Shown: positions 44,788-55,852 of the stretch, in pieces
How the letters are laid out: every line of letters starts with the position of its first letter
How positions within the stretch are numbered: position 1 is the first letter of the stretch
NCBI GenBank assembly: GCA_965644495.1
Contig: CBFFSA010000002.1
Location: 744,001-808,000, forward strand
Source: Perkinsela sp. CCAP 1560/9
Lineage: Eukaryota; Protista; Euglenozoa: Kinetoplastea
Length of the DNA: 64,000 bases
Direction of reading: 5' to 3'
Program-made: the position numbers and the translations under genes
Notes under the pieces: generated by a model
Seen by the model: only the letters and a program-made list of their open reading frames with translations
Told to the model about the DNA's origin: nothing
The model's database searches: none

Positions 44788-45318
44788 AAAAAGTTTAGTT
44801 CTGTATCGCATACCGTCAAAATTCCGTATTTGAATTTCCGTATTTGTTTGTTTGTTTGGTACGGGAGCGCCTGCAATCCCCACATGCAAGCGCCGCAAGT
44901 ACCACTCCGGCTCCCGCATCATTGCGGTTACGGGAACGCAAGGCCTTCCTAGGTCCTTCACCAGTGACAGAGAGCACTCCGTAGTTAACCTACCATGTGT
45001 CCCACTGGGAGGGTTCCTGATCAAGCACGAGTAGCATTTTTAGCGATATTCATAAATAGTAAAAATATTATACATGTAAATTCTAAAGGTACAGAGAATA
45101 CGTTGCGTATGTGTGTTTTAGTTTTGTTTTATACTGTATGCGTATTATTTAGTACGTAAGCTAACAGCGGGGATAAGGTTAGTGAATATGCAGAACTACG
45201 AGCATTTGTAAACTAAATTTAATAGTTCAATTCATTCTTCACGGCTGGCGATTGTCGTACCAAACCTTTTGTAATTGTCCCACGCGCGGCAAAGTCGATT
45301 CCACGACTGTAACTTTCT

Positions 45319-46977
45319 TTAGTTGTATTCTGATTCAGTGTACACTTTCTCTGGTCGCGTCCCAACATCAGCGATGTTTTTTTCGCTGGGTATGTCACAG
45401 AGCACTAGCTTTCCTTTGAAACACTCACACCCTTTTATTATGTGATCCAGTGTATCTAACGGGGAATATCCTTTCACAAAAGAGTGACACGCAGCCGTAT
45501 TATCATTAGCTATTACAACAAATTGAAAACCATTGTTATGAGCGCAGCGAATAGCATTTGCTATTGCTGTGGCTTCCGCTAGTATAATATCCATTTTACA
45601 GAGATACTGCTCAATTTTATCTTTTAAGACGTCCCCATTTTTCATTGGCCAGATCGCCAATCGTATAGTTGTGGCATCTACTGCTGCGAAGTAGACTCTT
45701 TTATGTAGCGTGGGCTGGGAAAACATTTTGGAATCTCGTGTTCTTTCGTTCGCATACGCAACTTGTTGTACTTTGTCAATAACTAAAGTCGATACAGAAT
45801 CGGGGAGTATTTTTGCGTCCCAATTTTCAATACTCCCCAGATCACTTTGTAGCTTTCCGATACGTCCGAGATCTCGAGGCGCAATGCCTAGTATCGTGTG
45901 GGCATGTCGGAGATAGCCGGCAAACTGAAACAAAATGCGGGGGGTGTTGGGACGTAGTTGTCGTGACATCGAGAACCAAATACTTTGCGTTGAGGGATCC
46001 ACTTTCCAATAAGTTTTTCCCTCTTTTTGCAGTATTTGTATGCCACAAAATGTAAAGCTGCACGTGTTGCATTCACGTTTTATATATTTCGGAACTAAGT
46101 TAAACACGTTGAAATTCCGAACTAAGCGAGCTTCCCAACGCTCAAGCATGTTACTCGTTGCAGCAAGAAGAAACGAATCATAAAGCAGGGCAATGAATCC
46201 TCCTTGAGGAAGGTACACGATGCCCTGCACTTCTATCATACTATTAATTTCTCGAACCCTGGTCAAGATCACATCATTGGGTTCACAATATGACAGAATA
46301 GCCCACATGATGCTCTGTGCAATGGAGCAAGCATGTTTGTAGCCCATAGGAAGAACCGTAGGGCGTAATAATCTGCCACCGTGTCTAATGCAACAGGCAT
46401 AACTAAGTGCAGAAGAAATTGGAATTTGATAGTACATATTTTTTATGTCTCCATGAAGGAATCTAATTCGGGATTCGGCAGTATTTCCTAATAAAATAAG
46501 AGCTTTTACTAGTTCGCTGGTGCCGAAGACGTGAAACGGTATATTTTCTACAATAGTTCGCTCGTTCGTCCATCGTAAGTCAAAAATTGCTCGAGCGTAG
46601 ACTTGATCCTTTAGTACTGCCATATAATTCCCTACAGCGTGGGGCACTTCCCAAGAGGCGGGAACTAGGACATTCGCTTTCTCCAGGGTCCGTATATGTG
46701 ATCTGAAACGTTCGGAGTTCGGCGTCTCCTCCAGTTTTCTCTCCGCATATTCGGATCCAAAGGGATTCATTGCTAAAAGCCTCAAAGCACGTTTCGCAAA
46801 GGGGGAATGATTAAAGAGTGAAGGACTGGTTTTCATGCCTCCCACATTTACGAGGGGGCATAACGCATCCTTGTCGGTGGCGTACGATCCACGACTTCGC
46901 GTGATTTGGCATGGCGGAGTGAAGTAGTTCGCTTCGGCATGACTCTCTGTGCTTTCAACGTGTGAAAAATACCCCAT
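45319..46977 (-). CDS. Reverse transcriptase-RNase H (DIRS/VIPER/TATE type)
   Basis: ARAIFDLR, GDIKNMYYQIPI, LPMGYKHACSIAQ, LLYDSFLL; RNase H AVDAT, AEATAI, NDNTAA, IPSEKNIADVGTR. Confidence 0.9.
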   Translation of the reverse strand: MGYFSHVESTESHAEANYFTPPCQITRSRGSYATDKDALCPLVNVGGMKTSPSLFNHSPFAKRALRLLAMNPFGSEYAERKLEETPNSERFRSHIRTLEKANVLVPASWEVPHAVGNYMAVLKDQVYARAIFDLRWTNERTIVENIPFHVFGTSELVKALILLGNTAESRIRFLHGDIKNMYYQIPISSALSYACCIRHGGRLLRPTVLPMGYKHACSIAQSIMWAILSYCEPNDVILTRVREINSMIEVQGIVYLPQGGFIALLYDSFLLAATSNMLERWEARLVRNFNVFNLVPKYIKRECNTCSFTFCGIQILQKEGKTYWKVDPSTQSIWFSMSRQLRPNTPRILFQFAGYLRHAHTILGIAPRDLGRIGKLQSDLGSIENWDAKILPDSVSTLVIDKVQQVAYANERTRDSKMFSQPTLHKRVYFAAVDATTIRLAIWPMKNGDVLKDKIEQYLCKMDIILAEATAIANAIRCAHNNGFQFVVIANDNTAACHSFVKGYSPLDTLDHIIKGCECFKGKLVLCDIPSEKNIADVGTRPEKVYTESEYN

Positions 46978-47274
46978 CCGTGTAACCAGAAAGTGGGAGA
47001 AAAGTAAGGGGAAATATGAGTATTCAAGCTAGAAAGGTGAATGGTTGGGTCTTGAAGAACGTCAACACCGAGTGAAAAGCTCTTGAATATTATAGCACAA
47101 ACTAAACTTTAGACTGATGCAAGGCTAATTGAACTGTCTTCGATATGTCTTCTTATCGAACTGTCTTCTTACTTACTTGTTCTTCTTACTTACTTCTTTC
47201 TCTCAAAGGAGGATCATGATCTGAAATGTACCCGTACATGCACGTGTACTATACTTGAGAATGACATACATGAA

Positions 47275-48170
47275 CTATATCATAGAGTAATTGGATGCTG
47301 ATTGTTCAGACATCCAGCGTCCTCGTCGGAGACGAGTTGAGAGATCAATTCCTTGTCTGGTGAGATGCCCGGCACCTCCATGACGCAGCGAATGGAAAGA
47401 CCATGTCTGATGGACATTCCACAGCTGATTCTTTGCTTCGTTGCTAATTAGTAGATTTGCATGATGTTTCTTCCACCGTGGGAAGAGCATCTCGTGGTTG
47501 CTAGAAGTTGTTAAGTGAGTTAGGAGATCGTGAACTTCTGGGACCTCCACGATGTCTACAACATTGCTTCTTTGCCCTTTGCCGCCGCGGATGCGCAACA
47601 AGGCTTCTGTACGACTCACCTCTACGTCGCTTCGCCTCAAGGAAGTGATTTCACTGTGTCGTAACAGCCCATAAAATGCGACAATAAGGCCCCTTGCATA
47701 GGCTACTTCACCGCGCTCGGAACACCGACGCTAACGTTCGCAACTGACTGAACGTTATAGATCCTCGGGGCACGGGATCTAGACACAGTTTCAGTGCGCC
47801 GTTAAAACGCCTTCGAAACCGAAGGGACTGTGTCCAGCATTCCTCTATGGAAAGATCTTCTATTTGGCGCCACACGAGAGCGGCGCGAAAAGATTCTAAT
47901 GTAGACGGCCTATAAAAGCGCCCCAGACTTGCACATAGAGCTAGAAATTGTTCCTCAGATATTTCAGCCACACTGTGCACTCGTAGAAGACTTTCTAGTC
48001 GTGCAAAATAGAACTCTCGTCTTGCAGCACTTTGAGGAGTAAAAGCTGAGAAAGGTGACGATGGACATCGAGAGAAAGGTAACGTTCGTAAGCGTCCCGA
48101 ATTTCTGACTCTTGCGTGCGCTGTCTTCTCTGTCGCACCATTTTTCTTTTGCGTAAATTCACTAATGTTT
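47275..48170 (-). pseudogene. Tyrosine recombinase with one frameshift near 47712
   Basis: Joining frames gives FYGLLRHSEI...GGKG...FHSLRHGGA...GRW...NY, i.e. the complete R-K-H-R-W-Y set. Confidence 0.85.
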
Positions 48171-48760
48171 TTCTATAACAATTCTATAATTCTTCGCTGA
48201 ATTCTTAGCTAATAGAGTTAAGTCAATGGGTCCAAGTAGCTCAGATCTACATGTGACTGCAATGCCAACCATACCTTAAACCACGTCACTCACTATATTC
48301 CACAATGCTATACTAAATTTTTTATTGTAGATATTTCTTCTCGCGTCGTAGGAAGACTTTTCTTGCTAAATATGGATTTTTAAAACTAAACTATTTGTTG
48401 AACATTATTTTTGAGTCCAATGTAAGTTTTCAATACTCCTTGTTGTATAAATAAATTGAACAACCTATCGAATGAACCGTGCCTAAATCTGATGTCAACC
48501 CATGTAAGAGTATGCCCCATGAATTAAAAAATAGTAAGCGTACGAAGATACTGCCCATATAATAAAGCTATAAGAAAACTAAGCGCTGCTCATTTAACAA
48601 CTATGCACCAAGAAACGAAAAAACAACTAGTTTGCGATAAACATTGGCATCAACTAAAAACTGTGAGAAACAATTAGAAAGAGCATACAAATCGTATCAT
48701 AACGCATGCCAATGACTAAGAAACATCCTTTTTGTCGAAAATAAAAGGCCGTCTGTAAGC

Positions 48761-49897
48761 TTAGTGTTGGTTATTTCCGGGTCGCACCTTCCCCTTGTCC
48801 CGATTGAGAGTACGCAGGACACTGGCCTCGGGGACACGGCAGTCACTTATGCGATGCCCCCGCTTTCCGCAATGCCGACACGTGCCCGCCGGGGCATTTG
48901 GAAAATGCCAGGTTTTCTTAACTCTCGTCTCTTTCAGTGGAATTTGACTGGCCATAGACTGAGGACGGGGAACGAAAGACTGAGAGCGGGGCATGAAAGA
49001 CTGAGGGCGGGGACCAGAGAAAGACGGAAGGGGGACTCGCTTTGTTTGCTGCTGCTCAGTAATGATACTGAGCGCTCGCGTGTGCCCAGCAAGAAAGGAG
49101 ACGATCGACTTGTTTGATCGTTCTGATGCGTCGTCGAGCATCAGTTTCTCCAGGGTTTCGGCTGGCACGTGGGCATTTTCGTGCGCCAGCTGATAGGACA
49201 GGAGAGCGCCTCCCAGCTTACAAAGGAGGGTCCAAACTCCAAGACGAACTCCTTCTGAATCCAAGGAGGTGAGCCGCGAGTCCGGGGGGAATTCGGAGAC
49301 CAGTTTTGCATAGTAAACTGAGTCTGGGAGGGTGCCGACGGCGTTACGCACAGCCTCCTTGACCCGTGGCGTGAGCCAAGTCGCAGCGCTAAAACCAGTT
49401 TGGTTAAGACACTGATGCAACGCTTCAGAACAACGGGGATCCTCCCGTGTTCCTACAATGGAACGAAAAGGCTCTTGCATATCCTTGGGCAGGCGGCCCA
49501 TCTTACGCTGGTCGTCTTCTTGGGGAGCTACAGATTGAGAACTAGGGGCAGTGAGGGCGCCCTCGTGAACGCATAGCTGATCGCGTAAAGCCACAAGAAC
49601 CGGCTGAGAAACATCACGCGAAGAAAAGTTACCACTTTTGAGAGCAGTTACGGTGCGGATGATCACTTGTGCGCCGCGTGTCGTGTCTCCATCTCCAGCC
49701 ACTGCAGAAGCTTCTTCTAACAAGGGAGTAACTGACATGTAGGACTTTACAAACTCAATGGCGGTTGGGAGAAGCTGAACAAGCTTCTCTTTTATCGTCA
49801 ATCGCATGCGCTTCATGGAGCACAGCTCAAGAAACGCAGCGCGGCCCTCAGAAAGCGTACTTTCAGTGGGTACAACTTCAGGAATGGCGTCAACCAT
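48761..49897 (-). CDS. Gag-like protein with a CCHC zinc knuckle
   Basis: CRHCGKRGHRISDC (CX2CX4HX4C) near the C-terminus; PRPQS repeats. Confidence 0.8.
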   Translation of the reverse strand: MVDAIPEVVPTESTLSEGRAAFLELCSMKRMRLTIKEKLVQLLPTAIEFVKSYMSVTPLLEEASAVAGDGDTTRGAQVIIRTVTALKSGNFSSRDVSQPVLVALRDQLCVHEGALTAPSSQSVAPQEDDQRKMGRLPKDMQEPFRSIVGTREDPRCSEALHQCLNQTGFSAATWLTPRVKEAVRNAVGTLPDSVYYAKLVSEFPPDSRLTSLDSEGVRLGVWTLLCKLGGALLSYQLAHENAHVPAETLEKLMLDDASERSNKSIVSFLAGHTRALSIITEQQQTKRVPLPSFSGPRPQSFMPRSQSFVPRPQSMASQIPLKETRVKKTWHFPNAPAGTCRHCGKRGHRISDCRVPEASVLRTLNRDKGKVRPGNNQH

Positions 49898-50175
49898 ATC
49901 AAAAAAGTAAAAGCTGATGAAAATATGCTGAATAAGGACGCAGTTAGTTTATCGTAGTGAATCCTCCGTAGTTCATACCAATGTAAGGTCGTATTGAAAT
50001 ATTCAGGAAGAAATTAAGCAACTAGGCCTAAACTAGCTCAGTAGCACCTCAATTCATAAACTTTTCTCTAAAAATAACAAACTTTCCACTGACTATTAAC
50101 TGGCCAAAAGATTAACTGATTGAAGACTAAAGAATAGACCAACCAACTAATCGCTTAACTAACCCAGCTACCCAT

Positions 50176-50716
50176 AGACTAACTAACTAAATGACTAACT
50201 AACTAACTAACTGACTAACTAACTAACCAACTAACTAACTCACTCACTAACTCACTAAGCGACTGACTAACTAACTAACTGACTAACTGATTAACTAACG
50301 AACTGACTGACCAAGTAACTAACTAACTAACTAACTAACTGACTAACTAACCAACCAACTAACTAACTAACTCACTAAGCGACTGACTAACTAACTAACT
50401 AACTGACTAACTGATTAACTAACGAACTGACTGACCAACTAACTGACTGACTGATTCACTGACTAACTAACTGATTAACTAACTGACTAACTGACTAATT
50501 AACTAAAACTAACTTAACTAACTAACTAACTAGCTAACTAACTGACTGACTGACTAATTAACTAAAACTAACTTAACTAACTAACTAACTAGCTAACTAA
50601 CTGACTGACTGATTGACTCACTCACTCACTAACTAACTAACTAACTAACTAACTGACTGACTGACTGACTGACTAGCTAACTAACTGACTAACTAATTGA
50701 TTAATTGACTTACTAA
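50176..50716. repeat. Imperfect tetranucleotide array (CTAA/CTGA/CTCA)n
   Basis: About 540 bp with higher-order internal duplications. Confidence 0.95.
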
Positions 50717-50997
50717 CCCGCAGTGATCACGCTATTGAGGACAACTATTTGAGGTGGAACTAGGGATCTCAGCTATTAGTCGTACATGTTTTGGAGCCAT
50801 GTGTCTTCTGAGGTGCAAGCTATGAATGCCGGTCATCTTTATAAAACATCCTTATAAAATAAAACTAAAATATTCTAATGCCTTAACGTGGCAGCCTCCG
50901 CGCTGTGTCTTGTGGTTAGGCGTCCGACCCCTGCCCTCTGCAGGAAGTGTGCGCATCTCGCTCGAAGTGTATGGGCACAATCGGCTCCATACGCGGT

Positions 50998-51342
50998 ACT
51001 TCCTATTGGAGGTTCGGGGTCTCCTTTAACCCTGCGAGGGACAAGGCCCGCGGGTCGGACGCATCTCCCCCCCTCTCTGTTTTTACGTATACATTGTCCG
51101 CGCTGTAAAAACATGAAAATGGCTAGGTAAAAAAAATGATAAAGGTTTACGGAAAAGCGATCTTTTACAAACCAAAAAAATAACTGGGAATCCTCGATTC
51201 TAGAATGCAATCATTTTCATCAATCATTTTCATAAGTTCACAAGAGTCCTTCCATCACCTTTCTATGTATTTGTTTACATAGCCCCGGGCTTTGGACCGG
51301 TTTAGCAAGGTTAAAGGAGACCCCGAACCTCCAATAGGAAGT
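50998..51342. repeat. Perfect 34-bp inverted repeat
   Basis: ACTTCCTATTGGAGGTTCGGGGTCTCCTTTAACC at 50998-51031; reverse complement at 51309-51342. Confidence 0.92.
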
Positions 51343-51398
51343 CATTCATGCTGCGCGCCTCGCGTTGAAAACAACCACCGTGTTTAACGAAGAGCCTA
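51338..51398. repeat. 99-bp palindrome family, half copy
   Basis: Partial spacer plus one arm. Confidence 0.85.
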
Positions 51399-51630
51399 AA
51401 AAAGTTTTGTTCTGTATCGCATACCGTCAAAACACTTATTAAGGTAATTAAACCACTGTCCAGGTTAATATTCCTATACCCTCGTATTATTCCTACCAGG
51501 AATATTAAGTGTCCTAATGGTGCTTAATATTCCTACCCCCCTCTCCCTGACACCTACCCTGTCTTTATTTGAGATCCACAAAATTCATCCCTCGAAATTC
51601 CCTTTTTTGTACGATTTTTTCATTCAAATA

Positions 51631-52344
51631 CAGTAAACGTCACTATTCTCGGAATGCTCAGTTGTACGTTGACACATAAAAACGGCTTTTTTGTCGTTTT
51701 TCGTCACGATTCTCAGAATTGGTCTGTTGAACTTTGACAGGCACTTTTTCATGAGGTCAAATCATAATTCTCATTTTTAAAAAAGAAAACGTTTCGCAAG
51801 AAAAATGTTAGCGGCGGAACAACTGGCCGCTTTGGGTACACAAAAATGACCCCTAGAGATCTCCAACTAAACGGGGGTACGACTTAATGTACCGGGTACC
51901 CTTTTATATACCGGGGGGGGGGGGGGGGTATAATCGTTACCCAATATACCCCCCCCCTGGGCACCGTGGAAAACAAGGGGGTGGGGTAGTGTATGAGTAA
52001 TGAAACTTTGTTTTTCTGAAAACAAAACGCTATTACACGAAAGGAAAACTGGCGCTGTTTGACTGCGCGGTGTTCTTCTGATAGAGCGGCGACTCCGTAA
52101 ACCAAGGAGATAGTTGGAGATCTCTGGGGGTCATTTTTGTACACCCAAAGCGGCCAGTTGCTTCGCTGCTAACATTTTTCTTGCAAAACGTTTTCTTTTT
52201 TTGAAAATGAGAATTATGATTTGACCTCATGAAAAAGTGCCTGTCAACGTTCAACAGACCAATTCTGAGAATCGTGACGAAAAACCACAAAAAAGCCGTT
52301 TTTTTGTGTCAACGTACAACTGAGCATTCCGAGAATCGTGACTG
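51631..52344. mobile_element. Foldback-type MITE with ~230-bp inverted arms
   Basis: TA-CAGT...ACTG-TA; 51640-51870 mirrors 52110-52342. Confidence 0.85.
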
Positions 52345-52731
52345 TATTTAAGAGATGTGTTGTTGAACAAACAGTCAATTTCGAGAAAATGGGAATAAAA
52401 CATCCCCTCCAAATTTTTTCGCCATATTTTGGAGGGTGGGCACAATAATAGTGGTCGTTTCCACTTATTGTGTCCCCCATGCACAATAACAGGCTCTAGG
52501 CACATTAACCCGGAACGGGGTTTATATTTGTTTTTTAAACCTGCTTCAGTGGCCGGCGGGATAACGAATGAGCGAAAAAAAGTACGATTTTTTATGGCCA
52601 GCTGGCCACCTTCTGATATACAGTAGAAGAAGAGAGCACAACGAAGAGTTTCCCCCCGCTGTGTCGGTGAAAAATAATCTCCGAGGCGTGTGCTACCACT
52701 TCCTCTAAATCAATTTTGAAAATCAAATGTA

Positions 52732-53295
52732 CCGTCAAAGTACTTATTAACAAAATAATAATTAACGGATTTTTTTTGGGAGGAAATTATTCCGTTAATT
52801 ATTATTCCAATGATTTTTACGAAATTCGTAGCAAAATTTAAGCTTCAATAGAGAATATTAATGAAAAGGTCTTCAAAAAATCTTCAAAACATATTAAGAA
52901 ATCCGATTACGTATGTTTACATGAGGGAAAAACAAGGCCAACCTTAAGAATGAGCGGAAAAAAACCAAGTAAACATGATATGAAAACATACTAAACGTTC
53001 TTAAAGATATCGAAACCTTAGTCAATATCAGTAACGTGATTTGGTTGGATAAAACCTTTCAATACATCTATCTTGTAACTTATGCGGATACGTCGTAATC
53101 GATTCGCGGTGACGTTTCCTTTCGCGGTGACGTCGTATTTTTTCTTCCGGAGAGAAATATTTTGAATTTTGTTGATGAACAGACCGACAACCGACTAAAC
53201 TTTTTTGAAAAATTTTGGTGAAAATCTAAAAATAATAATTATTCCGTTAATTTTTATTCCAATGATTTTTATTCCGTTAATAAGTACTTTGACGG
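52732..53295. mobile_element. CCGT-terminal MITE
   Basis: TA-CCGTCAAAGTACTTATTAAC...GTTAATAAGTACTTTGACGG-TA. Confidence 0.85.
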
Positions 53296-53407
53296 TATTT
53301 GTTTTTGTTAAAAAAAATCGGCAAAAAAACGGGCCACGTCCGGGGCAAATTTGGGGAAAAAGTGAACAAAATCTTTGGCGACCAATTAATTGGCGATTTT
53401 ACTTTTT

Positions 53408-53506
53408 TAGGCTCTTCGCTAAACGCGGTGGTTGTTTTCAACTTAGACGTCACTCACGCTGAGCGCTTCGCGTTGAAAACTACCACCGCGTTTAACGAAG
53501 AGCCTA
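53408..53506. repeat. 99-bp palindrome family, copy 5
   Basis: Symmetry extends about 18 bp further on each side (TGGCGATTT...AAATCGCCA). Confidence 0.9.
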
Positions 53507-55852
53507 AAAAAGAGAAATCGCCAAAAGATCATGAATAATCTACTTATTTTGGATGAAAAAGCTGGATTTTTCGGTGAAAATTGCGAATTTTTACCCCGAA
53601 TTTGGGCCGTTTTTGATACCTTACCAGTAGGGGTAGGAGGCGAATCTGTCGAAAAAAACGTCGTAGAATGGTGGCTGAGGTGAAAAGCTCTTAAAATACG
53701 TTTTGGGAGTCGATTTTGAAAAAACATTATTTTTACTTTGTTTTTGGACAATTTGTTTTGGTCATCCCAAAAATTTCGGAATTTTTGACCTTGTCGGACC
53801 CCTCCTGCGCGTACCAGGGGGGGTACCCCCAGGTGGGGGGTGGAAAATTATCGCCGCGGCCTACTCTACCAGTTCCCTGCGCTCGATTTCGAAAAGCAAA
53901 AAATTCGAAAAAATATTTCGTATTAATGCCATCGAAAATGTACCCCAAAATCGATTTTTTTGATTTTTTTATAGTTTTCATCTCTTCACTCCAGATTCAT
54001 ATTCTGGTGCCTTTGCAACGTTTTTTCACCCATTTTACATGCTTTTGCTTACCTAGTTTATCCTCAACACCTAAGTTCCGACGTCAAAAAAGTTTCATTT
54101 TTCGGAATTTCATCGGTTTCGTTCACCCTTACTTCGTTCATAAGAATGAAGTACTGGTGTTTGCAGCGATTGCTTCAGTCTTCCCTCTGGGCAAGTGCAT
54201 GTACTCGGTCTTCCCCCCTGTGTTTCTCCTCGCACCATGTACTGACATATCCCTTCCTGTATGGACACTATGCAGTTATCCTGTGCCATTCGGTGCTATC
54301 CTGTGCCATTTCGTGCCATCCTGTGCCATCCAAAGCGATTTTTTTTGGCACAATGACCACCTTTGGCGCTCGCCTTCATGTGGATCTTGGTACCCGTTTA
54401 CAAGAAGAGTCGGGGTGGTTCCAAGCACTATACCCCTCCTGCTTATGAGTTCCCCGGTTTTGAGAAAAAGGAGCTCATAAGCGTACGAGACCAGAAATCG
54501 AGCCATAAAAAAGCGAAAATTCGGGCCCGCGGCGCGAAGCGCCGCGGATTCTCGTTGACAATAATACTGGCGGTAAAATGATTATCCGCTCAGTGAGCGA
54601 GTCTGTAGAGCAGTCTGACGTACGTTTGTTGGGATTTTTGTGAATTTGGGTTCTGTGCAAAAAAAAAGATCGCTTCGCGAAAAGTGGGTACAAAAATATT
54701 CGCCTTAGAAAAAGGAACTCATAAGCGCACCAGAATTGGGGGAACTCATAAGCAGTAACAACTATCAGTACAAGTTTGTAGTCGCTCCATTAAACGCGGT
54801 GGTTAACATTTTTTTATATTACGTTACTTCTCTTCCATAAGTTCAAATGAGTTCATGGCTCGAGGATAGTGAGGTGAAGAGAATCAGAAGAAGCTGTTCT
54901 TTCCGTACAATTCTTATCATAAACAATGAAATGGTCTAAGTTACTGTAGTTTGCTTCAATTCATCATCACTACGACGGCGCTTTTTTCGCGAGAGAAGAT
55001 TAGGGTAGCTGGAAGATTGTGCTTACTTACCTCCCCACTCGTGACGTAAATACACCTCCAAATTATGAATTATCAAACAATATGCAAAACTACAGTACAA
55101 AAGAGCATCCGAAAATTTACTCCAATTTAAAATTGCTACTTAGGAGGATGAAGATTCCTAAAACTAGACTCGTCGTGCCATCCTGTGCCATTTCGTGCCA
55201 TCCTGTGCCATCCACAGGGAGGATAAACTTGCAGTGTCCACTGGGGGGGTCCATTAATGAGGGGTATACGATATCTCCAGTGATCTCCACTGATCTCTCG
55301 CATACTCTCCAGTGAGTGAAGATGAAGCAGTGAGTTGATCAGTGAGAGAACGAAAGCTTTTTTTTCAATTCTCATTTTTGAGTGTAAAATTGAGGGAACG
55401 TTGACACATGACCGAAGCTCCATTCTCATTTTTCAAGGTGCATTCTCATTTTAGCCATTTGTACGTTGACAGCCCAATTCTTATTTTTAGCGACGCTCAG
55501 AATAGTGACATTTACTGTAGCAAGCCCAGCGCACACACAAGTCTAAAACAGATCAAAACGAGCACAGGATCAAAGATCGCGTCGCGAAGCGGCGCGAAAA
55601 AAAAATGGTCCTTTTCTGCTATTTTTTTAATATTCCTATACCTCGTAATATTCCTATACCCTCTTAATATTCCTACCAGGAATGGAGAGTATGCTGTCAA
55701 TAGCTGCAGATACCTGGAGATAAAATTTGTAAAATATATAAAATTTATATGGAGATACCTGGAAATATCTGGAGATACCTGGAGATAGTTTTTTTAATAA
55801 TTTTGAGAAAAATACCATAGCGCACATTACGACCCTTAAAAATTTTTTATCC

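Larger units (their letters stand above)
44845..50720 (-). mobile_element. Tyrosine-recombinase retrotransposon with VIPER-like gene order gag - YR - RT/RNase H
   Basis: Three co-oriented minus-strand ORFs separated by AT-rich spacers; boundaries approximate. Confidence 0.85.

Noticed and set aside
50880-51070. RNase P/MRP, SRP or snRNA identity
   Set aside because: Only loose fragments of the conserved boxes; no P4 or helix-8 consensus
32218-53506. CRISPR array
   Set aside because: The palindromes are dispersed, their spacer is constant, and there are no cas genes
53716-54480. 254-aa ORF and other Phe/Lys-rich ORFs in the TE block
   Set aside because: They cross repeat boundaries and reflect A/T tracts, not protein-like sequence
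54992-55004. AGAGAAGATTAG resembling the U6 ACAGAGA box
   Set aside because: The flanks do not resemble U6
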